The position numbers and the translations under genes are program-made. A stretch of DNA of 64,000 bases from Planctomycetota bacterium (GTDB lineage: Bacteria; Planctomycetota; UBA8108; SXIK01), in NCBI GenBank assembly GCA_965223265.1, contig OZ244999.1, positions 8,096,001-8,160,000 on the forward strand, in the 5' to 3' direction. The notes under the pieces are model-generated. The model saw nothing but the letters and a program-made list of their open reading frames with translations. It was not told the DNA's origin and searched no databases. Numbering within the stretch: position 1 is the stretch's first letter; every line of letters begins with the position of its first letter. Positions 1 to 10,887 of the stretch are shown here, piece after piece.

Positions 1-502
1 TCTCCACACCGTTGTAGATCACGTCGATCGAGTCGGCCCGAAATTTTTCGATGTTGACAAGACTGTCGCGAACGCCGAGCGACACGGCGGTGATTCGATC
101 CACCAAGCGACCGAACACGCGGTTGAACATTTGCCTCTTGAGCGAGCAGACGTCCGGGAAGAAGCGGCCGTGTTCTGTGAAGACCAAGGGCACCCGCGTC
201 GCGACCTTCGAGATAACGCCGTAGACATAGCAGGTGAGCTGGTGAGCGTGGATCACGTCGAAGCCCTCACTGCGCACGTGGCGTGAGATGCGCCCCGGCA
301 ACTGGCGGTCGAAGCCCTGACGGCGTCCGTAGACGACAAGCGGCACGCCTTCTTGAGTCAGCTGCTCGCCGAGTTCACCGGCCACGTCGAGGCAACCAAC
401 CGACACGTCGATGCCGCATTTGCGATAGTGGCGAACAAGACGACAGACCATGGTTTCGGTGCCGCCAATAGGCAGTCCGTGAACGAGTAGCAGTAGTTTC
501 AC
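1..502 (-). CDS. Glycosyltransferase family 4 (N-terminal part, runs off window edge)
   Basis: Not in ORF track because no stop lies in the window. Manual translation from GTG at 502: MKLLLLVHGLPIGGTETMVCRL...FDVIHAHQ...VFTEHGR...ITAVS...DVIYNGVE, a typical GT-B/GT4 N-domain. Confidence 0.85.
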   Translation of the reverse strand, partial: MKLLLLVHGLPIGGTETMVCRLVRHYRKCGIDVSVGCLDVAGELGEQLTQEGVPLVVYGRRQGFDRQLPGRISRHVRSEGFDVIHAHQLTCYVYGVISKVATRVPLVFTEHGRFFPDVCSLKRQMFNRVFGRLVDRITAVSLGVRDSLVNIEKFRADSIDVIYNGVE

Positions 503-711
503 GTCGGCGTGCTTCGAAGTTGCGGAGCCCAAAAAGGTGCGACAGCGGCTCGCGCCTGCAACGTTTGCGGGTTGAAGGCGTGTAGCAAGGTTGAGCCACG
601 ATGGCCATCCGCCGTCCTGGGCGCGGCGTTTCGACCAGAGAAGTATACTCCGCGTACCGCAGCGGAGCGGCGTCGTGCACGCTACCGGCCGAGCCGATAT
701 TCCGGCGTCCG

Positions 712-1914
712 TTATCGGGACGCGACGTGCGGCACGTCAGTGGGCTGAACGGTCTGGCCGCCTTCGACGAGCTTCTGGAAAAGGGCTTCGTACGACGCAG
801 CCATCGAACTGGCCGAGAACTGCTCGTAGACGCGAGACTTTGCCGCTTGGCGTAGCTGGTCGCCACGCCCTCGGTCTTGGAGATAGGCTTTCAGCAGCCT
901 GGCGAGTGCCTGTGTGTCCCCGGCCGGAAACATTTCGCCTGAGACGCCGTGCTCGATGGCTGCAGCGATTCCCGGGATGTTCGAACCGACGCACGGAACG
1001 CCTGCCGCCATCGCCTCGAGCATGGCTCGAGGTGTTCCTTCGCGGTAGGAAGGAAGCACGAAGAGGTCGAAACGTTTCAGGAGTGATAGCCGGTCCTGTC
1101 GAAAACCGACGAGGCCGATGCGCTCGGTCAGTTGCTTCAATGCGATTTTTTCGCGCAGCCGACCGTACTCGGGGCCGTCGCCGATCATCGTGCAGTTCCA
1201 TCCGTCCTGCGGCAGCTCCGCGAGTGCGTCGATCAAGACATCGCAGCCCTTGCCGGGGATCAGTCGTCCGATGAATCCGATCGACAGCTCGTCATCGTCG
1301 CGCTGGGTGGGTAGAGGTCCGTCAAGCGGCACTGCAGCCTCGACGTCGTTGAGGTCCACACCGTTCGGAATGAGGTGGAGTCGATGCTTTCGAATGGGCA
1401 CGAAGCGGATGTCGTCGACGAGTCCCTGAGAGAGAGGGGCGACGGCGTCAAATAGCGGAAAGCTCCACTTGTTCAGGCAGTCGACGAGCCGTAGTTTCCA
1501 GCCACCGGTTGCCTCCCAGCCGTGCGGTGTGGTCACCCATTTGCACTTTGAGCGTCGCATGCTCATACAGGAGATCAGATCCTGCCTTGCCCCATGGCTG
1601 TGAACGATGTCAATCGAGAGATCGGCAATCGCGCTTTTCAAGCCGGCGACACTCGAGCGGATCAGATTCTTTCGAGCGTCGATTTCGAGCGTCTCGAAGC
1701 CCAGAGCCTTCGCTGTTTCGAGGAGTGGCAGGGAGCTCTGATCGCCATCCTGGAGGCCGGCCACGACCGTCTCGACTGCCTCGGCGTGCAAATGCTTGAT
1801 CAGTGTCAAGATCCAGCGCTCGGCCCCGTACATGCTTGCTCCGTACGCGAACTGCATGACGCGAATCGGCCGCGGTAAGGCGTTTCGCTCCATCGAGATC
1901 GTGTTCGTCGACAT
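712..1914 (-). CDS. Glycosyltransferase family 4
   Basis: YGAERW, HSHG, IPNGVD, GRLIPGKG and FVLPSYREGTPRAMLEAMAAG (E-x7-E motif). Confidence 0.92.
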   Translation of the reverse strand: MSTNTISMERNALPRPIRVMQFAYGASMYGAERWILTLIKHLHAEAVETVVAGLQDGDQSSLPLLETAKALGFETLEIDARKNLIRSSVAGLKSAIADLSIDIVHSHGARQDLISCMSMRRSKCKWVTTPHGWEATGGWKLRLVDCLNKWSFPLFDAVAPLSQGLVDDIRFVPIRKHRLHLIPNGVDLNDVEAAVPLDGPLPTQRDDDELSIGFIGRLIPGKGCDVLIDALAELPQDGWNCTMIGDGPEYGRLREKIALKQLTERIGLVGFRQDRLSLLKRFDLFVLPSYREGTPRAMLEAMAAGVPCVGSNIPGIAAAIEHGVSGEMFPAGDTQALARLLKAYLQDRGRGDQLRQAAKSRVYEQFSASSMAASYEALFQKLVEGGQTVQPTDVPHVASR

Positions 1915-1923
1915 CACGGGGCT

Positions 1924-2994
1924 CTACGAGTGCGATAAGGTTTCGTGGTCCTCTCGACTCTTCTTCGGTTGTCGCGAACGAATCCCTGTTCTTGTAATCC
2001 AGGCACTGAAGGCAGCTGCTCTGGCGGCACAGTAGATCGTGTAGACAATAAAGTGCTCTGGGATCCGGAGGGGTCTTCGCTTCTTCACGAAACTCCTCAG
2101 CGTCAGAGCTGCCGGAGGGAGGCATGCGATCAGAAGACCCGCGGCGAGAAGCGTCGGACCCCGCTGTGCGGCCAGGAGTACGGCACCAACCGCAGCTGTG
2201 ACATAGCCTGTCGTACTCGCGAGTGGCAACAGAAGGCTCGGGAGTTCCGCAATCGAGACGCGTCCCCCCTTCAATCCATCGTAGCTGTTTTTTCCGTGCC
2301 AAATCTCCTTGCGAAAGAACGCCCCAATCGTTCGCGGCTCCCGCAGGTGGACAGCGCGGACGTCGCTGGCGTAGACGATGGTTCCGAGTTTCTGTAGCCG
2401 ATAACAGAGGTCTGCGTCTTCGCAGCTCTCGAGCTGTTCATTGAATCCGCCGACGCTCAGAAATGCATCGCGACGAACGATGAGGTTCGCGGACGGAAGC
2501 CACGCCGTTGGCGCCGGCGGCCCAGGTGGCCGTGCGGCCAGAAAACCCCACGTGCGCTGCATCCACGTGCCGCTGGCTGGTGGTGCAGGATAGGACCCGC
2601 ACGCGATGATTGGCTGCAGCTCGGTCTGCTCGAGCACGGCTGCTGCTGCGGTCAGCCAGTCGGCGCTGGCGCAGCAGTCGGCGTCGAGAAAGGCCACGTA
2701 CGAAGCAGACGTGGCGCGGACGCCTTCGTTTCTGGCCGCGGCGATGGTTGTAGCGTGCTCGAGGGTGACGACGCGGACGCCATGGCGCTGGGCGACTGCG
2801 TTGGTGTCATCTTCTGAGCCGTTGTCGACCACAACGATCTCGAGTCGCTCTCGAGGGTAGTCCAGCCCGTCCAGCGCCTCGAGACACCGCGGCAGGAGCT
2901 CGGATTCGTTGCGCGCTGGAATGACGACCGCGAACTCAGGCGTACCCGAGGCGCCGCAGCGCATCGCGTCAGGTTGGCGAGCCTCGCTGGTCAC
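1924..2994 (-). CDS. Glycosyltransferase family 2 with C-terminal TM helices
   Basis: VVIPARNE, VVDNGSED, AFLDADC (DxD), GGFNE...EDADL; hydrophobic C-terminus. Confidence 0.92.
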   Translation of the reverse strand: MTSEARQPDAMRCGASGTPEFAVVIPARNESELLPRCLEALDGLDYPRERLEIVVVDNGSEDDTNAVAQRHGVRVVTLEHATTIAAARNEGVRATSASYVAFLDADCCASADWLTAAAAVLEQTELQPIIACGSYPAPPASGTWMQRTWGFLAARPPGPPAPTAWLPSANLIVRRDAFLSVGGFNEQLESCEDADLCYRLQKLGTIVYASDVRAVHLREPRTIGAFFRKEIWHGKNSYDGLKGGRVSIAELPSLLLPLASTTGYVTAAVGAVLLAAQRGPTLLAAGLLIACLPPAALTLRSFVKKRRPLRIPEHFIVYTIYCAARAAAFSAWITRTGIRSRQPKKSREDHETLSHS

Positions 2995-4256
2995 ACCGAC
3001 AGCCTTTCCGGTGTCTTCGTGTTTGAGTCTTCCCCGCCATCGACCGCAACCTCTGCACCGATCACGCGACGGGTGACTGCCTGCGTGCGGGCGCAGATGA
3101 CGTCCCAGGTGTAGTTCTCCAGCACCAGCTTACGCCCGAAGGTTCCCATCGCCTGGCGTTTCTCAGCGTCGGCCGCCAAAGTGGTCACTGCGTCGACGAT
3201 CTCGTCGATGGACGTCCCGTCGATCCGCAGGCCGCTTTGACCGTGTCGAATTGCGTCCGACGTGCCACCCGAGGCGCCGCCGATCACGGGCTTTCCGCAA
3301 GCGTTGGCTTCCAGAAAAACGATGCCGAACCCCTCGATATCGCCGCCCGGAAGCTCGCGGTTGGCCATGATGAAGATGTCGCACGTGTTGTAAAGACGCG
3401 GCAAGCTGTCGACGTCCACGGCCCCGAGGAAGTGGACTGCGCCGCCAACGCCATGCTTGGCGACAAGCTCCTCGAGATGTTCCCGCTCCTCGCCATCGCT
3501 TGCGATGACGTAAACGAGATTGGGGACCGCCTCCAGGATGCGCGGCAGGGCTGAGATGACCTGGTCATGGCCTTTGCGGAGCGTGAGACGCCCGACGCTT
3601 AGAAGAACGACTTTGCCTTCAAGTCCCAAGCGCGAGACGAGCTCGTCGTCGGGCGCTGCCGGACAGAACGTGTCCGCATCAACGCCAGGGGAAATCTGCG
3701 TTACGTGTTCGGTGCGCACTCCTGCCTTTGCGAGTGTCTCAACGGTAAAGGTGCTGTTCGCGATCACGGCGGCGGCGTCGTCGTAGACCGGTCGGATGGT
3801 CGGTGCGAGCTTTGGGTCACCCTGACAGATTGTGATCTCTTCGCCATGGGCGTAGATCACGTACGGGACGCGAAGCGTCTTGCTGACGATCCGCGCAATG
3901 TAGCCCTCTGGCAGGTTTTTACCGACGTGAATGATGTCAATCTTGTGGCGTAGCACGATCCACATCGCCGAGACGAGCATGTTCAAGTACATCAGCAGCG
4001 AGTGGGGACGAAGGAACCAGTAGCGCTCGAATGAGCGTCGCACGACGCGCCGGATGCCACTCCGAGTCGAATCTGATTCGATCGATTGGTCGAGATCCCG
4101 CGTCCCGCGGTACTTCTTTGTTAGTAGAAAGACGGTCTTGTCGGGGTGGCGGATGTAGGAGTTGTGCAGCCAGGTGATGCTGCCGCCGATCTGTGGCAGG
4201 TAAATCTCTGAGATAACGAGGACTCGAGGGTGGCGCTTCATTGGAGGCGATCTCAT
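2991..4256 (-). CDS. Glycosyltransferase family 4 (PimB-like)
   Basis: HGEEI, VGRLTLRKGHD, DIEGFGIVFLEANACGKPVIGG. Start placed at ATG 4256, which overlaps the upstream stop (ATGA). Confidence 0.92.
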   Translation of the reverse strand: MRSPPMKRHPRVLVISEIYLPQIGGSITWLHNSYIRHPDKTVFLLTKKYRGTRDLDQSIESDSTRSGIRRVVRRSFERYWFLRPHSLLMYLNMLVSAMWIVLRHKIDIIHVGKNLPEGYIARIVSKTLRVPYVIYAHGEEITICQGDPKLAPTIRPVYDDAAAVIANSTFTVETLAKAGVRTEHVTQISPGVDADTFCPAAPDDELVSRLGLEGKVVLLSVGRLTLRKGHDQVISALPRILEAVPNLVYVIASDGEEREHLEELVAKHGVGGAVHFLGAVDVDSLPRLYNTCDIFIMANRELPGGDIEGFGIVFLEANACGKPVIGGASGGTSDAIRHGQSGLRIDGTSIDEIVDAVTTLAADAEKRQAMGTFGRKLVLENYTWDVICARTQAVTRRVIGAEVAVDGGEDSNTKTPERLSV

Positions 4257-5485
4257 GTGGTGGTTGAACTGACAGTTTCGTCCCTCTGCGCCGCGCCACC
4301 CGCAGTGCAGCGCTCGAGGAGCCTTTCCAGCTTGGCGATCTGCTCCGCCCAAACGTAGTGAGACTCTACGAATCGCCTTGCGCTATGCCCGAGAGCTTGC
4401 CGCGCGTCGTCGTCGCGCAGAAGACGAACGATCTCGCTGGCGAACCGGCGCGGATCGTCTTCGACGAGTGCGATCGGATCGGAACTTCCATCCACCCCAC
4501 GGAAGGCAGCGCTCGTGCTGATGACCGCCTTTCCCATCGCCATCGCCTCGAGGACCTTGTTCTGGATGCCGCGCGCCAGGAGGAGAGGAACCACGGCTAT
4601 GGCTGCGCGCTGCACGTAGGGTCGAACGTCGGGCACTCGACCTGTGACCGTGACACCGGCGCGATCGCCAAGGCGAACAACCTCGCTCGACGGGCGCGAT
4701 CCGACGATTGTGAATCGAACGTCGGGGTAGGTCTGCCGCACCAGTGGCAGAACGTCGTCGCAGAAGAACGTCACGCCCTGCACGTTCGGAAAGTAGTCCA
4801 TGACCCCGGTAAACACGAGCTCTCTGTTTGTCTCAGTCTCGTCTCGGTCGGTTGGCTTGAAGTATTCCAAATCGACACCGTTTCGAAGTACCTCGAAGCG
4901 CCCCTCTTTCAGAAGGTTCTTACAGTCGTCGCACTCCGCTTGGGTTCGCACGAGCGTGTATGCTGCTGTCGCTGCAACACGCTCTTCATACGCCAGTAGA
5001 CGCCGGTGCTCCGAGCGATAGACAGCAGACTTCGGCCACTGCGCCCACTGCGAGTAGAGCTTCCACTTCTGCGAATCGAGATCGACGAAGTCAGCGATGT
5101 GGGGCGTTTCGGGGAGGATTTTCGCGTATTGCGCCATGGAAGACGAGAACGTGACGACGGCGTCGAATCGAGGCGCTTCGGCGGCGACGCGGATTTTCTG
5201 CGCGAGCTTTTCCGAACGAAAGTAGGCCACCGAGAGGGGTTCCCGACGGGCCAGAGCGAGGAGAGCGTTCCGTTTTCCCGTGGACGCGGAATGCCGAGCG
5301 GTGATGACCTGAATCCCCTGTTTTTCGAGCTCAAGGGCGTTGCGCGCCTCGTCATCCGATTCGACCACAGTCGCTACTGTGACTTCGTGCGAGCCCACCA
5401 GCTGACGAATTGCGTTGTAAGAGGCGATCTTGTCGCCGCGGTCAGGGGGAAAAGGGACTCGCTGGCAAACGTAGAGTATTCTCAT
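4253..5485 (-). CDS. PEP-CTERM/exosortase-system associated sugar transferase (TIGR03087-like, GT4)
   Basis: Signature RVPFPPDRGDKI, DFVDLDSQKW, FTGVMDYFPN and ARGIQNKVLEAMAMG. Confidence 0.9.
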   Translation of the reverse strand: MRILYVCQRVPFPPDRGDKIASYNAIRQLVGSHEVTVATVVESDDEARNALELEKQGIQVITARHSASTGKRNALLALARREPLSVAYFRSEKLAQKIRVAAEAPRFDAVVTFSSSMAQYAKILPETPHIADFVDLDSQKWKLYSQWAQWPKSAVYRSEHRRLLAYEERVAATAAYTLVRTQAECDDCKNLLKEGRFEVLRNGVDLEYFKPTDRDETETNRELVFTGVMDYFPNVQGVTFFCDDVLPLVRQTYPDVRFTIVGSRPSSEVVRLGDRAGVTVTGRVPDVRPYVQRAAIAVVPLLLARGIQNKVLEAMAMGKAVISTSAAFRGVDGSSDPIALVEDDPRRFASEIVRLLRDDDARQALGHSARRFVESHYVWAEQIAKLERLLERCTAGGAAQRDETVSSTTT

Positions 5486-5500
5486 GGAGCGGTTCCAGTG

Positions 5501-6652
5501 TCAGTTTGCCAGCTTGCGTCGCAGAACCGGCCCGAGTCGATTGGCCAGCCAAAGTGGAAGGCGACTCCACGCGCTCACGAGTCTCCCATGTTTGGATGGG
5601 TTCAGGTGATGCTCCGCCTCCTGCGCAACGCCGAGAGCGTCGTGCGATTTCCATTCGAGCTCGTAGGGTTGGGCTCCCCACTGTTTCTTAAAGGTATACG
5701 TGCCGGAATTCTGAGCCGATCGGCCAAAGTCGAATCTCTCGAAACCGTCGTCCACGGCATCGGAGAGGATGCGCCAATACAGAGAGTGATTCGGACAGCT
5801 TCGGAACGACTGACGCAGGGACGACGCCCACGGAACTGTCAAGGTCGACCGAAAGCCGATGGCGATGGCACCCCCGATCACACGGCCGTCCCTGTCCTGC
5901 GTCAGATAGAGCCTAGCCTTCTTAGCGAAGCTTCTGAACACTTCGCGAAACAGCGTGAGATCGTGAACGGGCGAGCCAAGGTCTCGCATGTTCTCGCAGA
6001 ATACGGCGTAGAAATCTCCGAGGCGCGACGGGCTCTCATGAGTCGTCTCGAGGCCTTCCTTATCGCTCTTGCGCACTTGATTGCGTACCTTGGGGCGAAA
6101 GGACCGCCAGAGTTCGTCGACGGACTTTGGCAGGGATAAGACGAGAGTTGCGCGCGGCGCGTCTGCGGTCGCAGTTCGATTGGTCCCAGACCGAAGATCG
6201 ATGCCTCGCGCGTGAACTTTTTCTGCAACTTCGACCGCAGCTTGCCAGAGCGCGCCGCGGGCTTCTTCAGTTCCAGCAAGCATTCCGGCTTGATCGAGGA
6301 AAGGCACGGACACAACACGTTTGCCACCTAAGAGCCCGCCCATGTACACCAGCGGCAGGACCCCCTCGACACGGTTTTGCCGTGCCGCGTAGAGGTAAAT
6401 GCACCGTTTATTGTAGGCGTTTTCGAAGATCTCTTTCCACTCGAACGAGTGACCGAGGTTGGCGTCGGGATGGACCTGGACGAACAGATTCCACAGCGGC
6501 TCGTCAGCTTTTTCGGCCGTCCAGACTCGAAGTCTTGCGTTTTGCTCTCCAGTGCGCGTCGCCGCCGTCGCCTCGACGTTCACGGGTGCATCGGTTTCGG
6601 AGACCACTGCAGGACCTTGGAGAGACTCGGTCGGACGGAGGGGCTCGTTCAT
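5501..6652 (-). CDS. FemAB-related GNAT-fold protein, PEP-CTERM/EPS system associated (TIGR03019-like)
   Basis: SVPFLD, KVRNQVRK, NMRDLGSPVH, FDFGRS...GTYTFKKQWGA; locus context. Confidence 0.88.
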   Translation of the reverse strand: MNEPLRPTESLQGPAVVSETDAPVNVEATAATRTGEQNARLRVWTAEKADEPLWNLFVQVHPDANLGHSFEWKEIFENAYNKRCIYLYAARQNRVEGVLPLVYMGGLLGGKRVVSVPFLDQAGMLAGTEEARGALWQAAVEVAEKVHARGIDLRSGTNRTATADAPRATLVLSLPKSVDELWRSFRPKVRNQVRKSDKEGLETTHESPSRLGDFYAVFCENMRDLGSPVHDLTLFREVFRSFAKKARLYLTQDRDGRVIGGAIAIGFRSTLTVPWASSLRQSFRSCPNHSLYWRILSDAVDDGFERFDFGRSAQNSGTYTFKKQWGAQPYELEWKSHDALGVAQEAEHHLNPSKHGRLVSAWSRLPLWLANRLGPVLRRKLAN

Positions 6653-6750
6653 GGAGTTGTAATAGAGTAGTTCTTGGGTTTCATTGGAGGCGGTCAGGGT
6701 CTGGCCGCCACGCCAGATCGGTCACAACGAGTCGAATGGGCTGTTAAACC

Positions 6751-8832
6751 GTGAGTTTTTTCCCGCTGATCTCAGGACTTCTTGGCGTTCTGACGAGCGC
6801 ACTGGTGCTCTTGAGTCGGAAGCTGGGTCCTCGATCACGAGCTCTCAGTGCATACTTTGTGCCGATTTCTTGTATCGGCTTGGTCGCTGCGGGTGCTGAA
6901 CTTGGCGAGTTTTGGTCCGAAGATGTCGCCAAACGGCTGTGCCTTGCACTCTTAGTGGTGGCGCTCCCCGGTGCTTTGCTTTTCGGTGTCGTTTACCTGC
7001 GCGACGATTTGACCGAAGTCGCGAAGTGGTGGATACCTGTCACCACGCTGGCCTATGCCGTCGCGGTGGCTCTCGCAGCCGTCTGTTTGGTATCCCTTGT
7101 CCGAGATGTGGACGAAAAGCAATTCGTGTTTTTCACCGCGTTTTATCTACTCGTCGTCGCGGTACTCGTCCTCAGTCGGCTCGAAGCCATGCTCCGCAGC
7201 GTGCACGAGCACATTCGATGGCGCATCAAATACTTGGTCGTCGGGATCGGGGCGATGCTCGCGACCATCGTCTATCTGTCTTCGAAGATGCTCGTCGTGA
7301 CTTCGAGCATCGAAGAGGTTCAGATGACGGTTTTTAGGACGATTGCGCTCGTGCACATCGGCACAGTGGTCTTCGTCTTTCAATCCTGGCTGCGTAGCGA
7401 CATTCGCCGGCGCATCAAGGTGTCGCAGACTCTCGCGTACGGCTCCGTGACTTTGTTCGTGGCTGGGGTTTATCTGACCATGATGGGGGTCGTCACACAC
7501 TGGAGCCGAGGACGGCTCCTCTTCGGCGACATCGAAGCGGAGACGCTCGTCTTCGTCGGAACGATCGTTCTCCTTTGCATCGCGCTGTTATCGCGCACGT
7601 TTAGACAGAGGGTTCGGAGCTTTGTGCGTCGCAACATGTTCGCAGGCAGGTATGACTACCGCCTCGCTTGGATCGACGCGGCTACTCGAATTCATGCCAA
7701 CGATGCGCCCGCCAATATGGCTCAAAATCTAGCCGACATCATTCAGAGTGCCACGGGAGTCACGACAGTGACGGTTTGGCTGAAAGACAAAGGCCAAGAG
7801 GATCTCAGCTTGTCGGTCTCCAGAGGCGCTCCGGAAGCGGGCGACGGAGTTTCGACTGCCGACGTGTACGCCGAACTAAGCACGCGAAGCGAACCTCTAG
7901 GACTCTCGGAGGCGAGACGACTCGAGAACACGACTCTGGAAGAGTTCTTGGAGTACTGTCGGTCCGTGCTTCTGGTTCCCCTTGTGTCTGCCGAGACGAT
8001 CATAGGCGTGATCACGATCGGATCCGAGCGAGGGCGCAGGGAATACGGTTGGGAGGCCCAGGAGTTTTTCAAGGTGGTTGCCGGGCACGCTGCTGGCGAG
8101 CTCTACACTTCGGAGCTGCTCGCCGGTCAGGTAGAGGCGAAGGAGGCCGAGGCATTCAAGACGTTCTCTACGTTCCTATTGCATGACCTAAAAAACTTTG
8201 CTTCCACATTGGCGTTGGTCGGAAAAAACGCGAGCAAGTACGGTGATGATCCGGAGTTCTTGCACGACGCATTCCATTCCGTTGTCAACACAGCCGACAA
8301 GATCAAGAACCTTTGCAACAGCTTGCGTTTCTTCTCCAGTGGTCTGGCATCCGACCAAAGTTTGGAGGACCTGAACGAAATCGTTCGCAGCGTCGCGGAG
8401 TCTATCAAGATCGGCGTTGGACCTGAGCTCCGGCTCGATTTGGAGTCGGTGCCGAGGGTGTCGCTCAATGCGGCCGAGATCGAGCGCGTCATCCACAACC
8501 TCGTGCTCAACTCACGAGAGGCGACGCCCGAAGGCGGTTTGATCACGGTTTCTACCCGTCGCGCCGAGGATGCGGTGGAGCTGGAAGTTCGTGACTCGGG
8601 CTGTGGCATTGAACCAGAGTTTTTACGGGTGCAGTTGTTTGTTCCCTTTCAGACGACGAAGAGCGACGGGCTTGGCATTGGGCTGTTTCAGACGAAGAAG
8701 ATCGTCGACGCTCACTCCGGCAGCGTCGAAGTCGACAGTGCGATCGGCGAAGGAACGACTGTTCGCATCCGGCTGCCTTTACCAGGCGACGACGGGGTCT
8801 CGACGGGCTCGTCGAAGAAGCGATCGGGCTGA
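6751..8832 (+). CDS. prsK: PEP-CTERM system histidine kinase PrsK
   Basis: Multi-TM N-terminus, RYDYRLAW, GAF-like region, H-box TFLLHDLKN, NLVLNS, DSGCGI, GLGIGL. Confidence 0.88.
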   Translation: MSFFPLISGLLGVLTSALVLLSRKLGPRSRALSAYFVPISCIGLVAAGAELGEFWSEDVAKRLCLALLVVALPGALLFGVVYLRDDLTEVAKWWIPVTTLAYAVAVALAAVCLVSLVRDVDEKQFVFFTAFYLLVVAVLVLSRLEAMLRSVHEHIRWRIKYLVVGIGAMLATIVYLSSKMLVVTSSIEEVQMTVFRTIALVHIGTVVFVFQSWLRSDIRRRIKVSQTLAYGSVTLFVAGVYLTMMGVVTHWSRGRLLFGDIEAETLVFVGTIVLLCIALLSRTFRQRVRSFVRRNMFAGRYDYRLAWIDAATRIHANDAPANMAQNLADIIQSATGVTTVTVWLKDKGQEDLSLSVSRGAPEAGDGVSTADVYAELSTRSEPLGLSEARRLENTTLEEFLEYCRSVLLVPLVSAETIIGVITIGSERGRREYGWEAQEFFKVVAGHAAGELYTSELLAGQVEAKEAEAFKTFSTFLLHDLKNFASTLALVGKNASKYGDDPEFLHDAFHSVVNTADKIKNLCNSLRFFSSGLASDQSLEDLNEIVRSVAESIKIGVGPELRLDLESVPRVSLNAAEIERVIHNLVLNSREATPEGGLITVSTRRAEDAVELEVRDSGCGIEPEFLRVQLFVPFQTTKSDGLGIGLFQTKKIVDAHSGSVEVDSAIGEGTTVRIRLPLPGDDGVSTGSSKKRSG

Positions 8833-8962
8833 GAAACCGGCCGTGGACTATGCTCGAGTCAGCGCGGGAACTTGATTTTCGGCGGCGGTGCCGTGAGGAT
8901 GCCAAAGCGTTGGACGGTTGTGGCGGCACCTAGATCGACGGAGAAACGTTTGCCGGAATGTG

Positions 8963-10366
8963 ATGACGCCGACGAAACCGAGGCGCGAAGAAGACACCGA
9001 GAATGCGGTGCTACTCGCCGTCGACGACGACGAACAGATTCTCAAGCAGATTAAGTGGGCCTTTAGCGACGACTACCGCGTGCTGCTAGCTGGGTCCTGC
9101 GACGAAGCTCTTGCGGTGCTCGCTCAGCAGCAGGTTGACATGATCCTGCTCGACCTCGGTCTGCCGCCGCATCCGCGGGAGGCTGTGGAGGGTTTTCGTG
9201 CGCTTGAGGCGATCCTGTCGCGCGACCCCTTGGCGAAAGTGATCGTCGTATCAGGAAACTCAGAGCGTGAAAATGCCCGGCGCGCCATCGAGAAAGGCGC
9301 GTTCGACATGTTTCCAAAACCGATCGATGTCGACGCGCTGAAGATCGTCCTGTCGCGCGTGCTACATCGTCTCCAGCTCGAGCGTGAGAGTTTGGTGCAG
9401 CCGCCGGCTCCTGTGCTCACCGGTGAATCGGAGGCGCCGTCTGCTGCCGGCTTGATCGGTGAGAGCGACGCGATGCGCCAGGTCTACAATACGATTCGGA
9501 AGGTTGCGTCGACGGACGTGCCCGTTTTGATCACTGGCGAAAGCGGCACAGGGAAGGAGCTTGTCGCTCGGGCCGTTCACGAGGCGAGCCCTCGTAAGGG
9601 CGGGCCGCTTGCAGCCGTCAATTGCGCTGCCATTCCGGAGAATCTCATCGAAAGCGAACTGTTCGGGTACGAGAAAGGAGCCTTTACAGGCGCGGACGAG
9701 CGGAAACTAGGGCGGCTAGACGCGGCGAAGGGTGGCAGCCTCTTTCTCGATGAGATCGGTGAGCTGGAGCTCGGCCTCCAAGTTAAACTGCTACGCTTTT
9801 TGCAAGAGAAGTGTTTCGAGCGCGTCGGCGGCAACAACACGATCGAGCTTGACGCACGAGTGATCGCCGCGACCAATCGCGACCTTGGCGACGCAGTGGA
9901 GTCGAAATCATTTCGTGCTGATCTCTACTATCGGCTGGCAGTAGTGAAAGTCGCGCTGCCCGCCCTGAGAGATCGCGGCGCCGATGTGAAGTTGCTCGCC
10001 GAGCATTTTTGTGCGCATTTCTGTCAGGAAACTGGCAGCGACCGCAAGCGCTTCTCCTCCGCGGCGCTCACTGCGATGCAGAGCTATACGTGGCCTGGAA
10101 ATGTGCGCGAACTGCAGAATCGTGTCCAGCGTGCAGTCGTTCTTGCGACGGGTGCGGTGATCGGAGTTGCCGAACTTGAGTTGGCGACGGGGAAGGATGG
10201 ATCCATGCCGCGAAAGGCATCGCTCAAAGCAGCGAAGGAAGAGCTTGAGCGCGAGATGGTTGCCAAGGCCCTTGCAGACAACAACGGCAACATTTCCAAG
10301 ACGGCGCGCCATCTCGGCATCAGCCGTCCGACGCTCTACGATCTGATCGCTCGCTACAAGCTCTAA
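8963..10366 (+). CDS. prsR: Sigma-54-dependent response regulator PrsR (PEP-CTERM-box regulator)
   Basis: Receiver with LDLGLPP, AAA+ GESGTGKE / GAFTGA / FLDEIGE, Fis-type [14 protein letters not shown]; directly follows prsK. Confidence 0.92.
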   Translation: MTPTKPRREEDTENAVLLAVDDDEQILKQIKWAFSDDYRVLLAGSCDEALAVLAQQQVDMILLDLGLPPHPREAVEGFRALEAILSRDPLAKVIVVSGNSERENARRAIEKGAFDMFPKPIDVDALKIVLSRVLHRLQLERESLVQPPAPVLTGESEAPSAAGLIGESDAMRQVYNTIRKVASTDVPVLITGESGTGKELVARAVHEASPRKGGPLAAVNCAAIPENLIESELFGYEKGAFTGADERKLGRLDAAKGGSLFLDEIGELELGLQVKLLRFLQEKCFERVGGNNTIELDARVIAATNRDLGDAVESKSFRADLYYRLAVVKVALPALRDRGADVKLLAEHFCAHFCQETGSDRKRFSSAALTAMQSYTWPGNVRELQNRVQRAVVLATGAVIGVAELELATGKDGSMPRKASLKAAKEELEREMVAKALADNNGNISKTARHLGISRPTLYDLIARYKL

Positions 10367-10887
10367 CCGGATTCTCCCGAGATTCCTACCGCGGCACCGT
10401 AAGTCGCGTCGTGCTAGCGCGAATGTTTCGCTGGTTCCTCGGCCAACAGCACCGTTCGTGACGTTCGCCGGGGCTGTTGGGGTTTGAGGTTATGTGCAGG
10501 TGCTCTCGGCGTCGGTAGGCCGCACCTCGCAAGCGGAGCCGAGTTCGCTTTGTGTGTCCTTGCGCCGTCGTGTTCGGGGGTTCGAACCCTCAACGCCGGC
10601 AGATGGCTACCCAGTTTCTGCAACCGGACCCGTCACCGTTCGATGTTCCGACATTGCGCCGACAGGGCCGGGCCGGGAAATCAGCATCCGAAAATCTTGC
10701 CTTGGGAGAATCCCGACCGGACGTTTGCCAGAGCCAGGGCCGCGGCGCACGACGTACTGGGCCCATGTGAGCAAAAACGTGGCAGTGTTGTATCGTTCTC
10801 TGGACGACTCTCTCATCGCTCCACGATCGTTCGCATCGACGCCGCAGTCCTGTTGACGCGAACACACATCGGCTCAGCAAACGATCG

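Noticed and set aside
6730-6748. TAACAGCCCATTCG (minus strand) resembling a MITE end upstream of prsK
   Set aside because: The match is too short to distinguish from chance.
10570-10600. GGGGGTTCGAACCCTC looks like a tRNA T-arm
   Set aside because: No matching acceptor, D or anticodon stems could be built around it.
10367-10887. Expected sigma-54 promoter or PrsR enhancer in the spacer before the exosortase
   Set aside because: No TGGCAC-N5-TTGC-like site with correct spacing and good consensus was found by eye.
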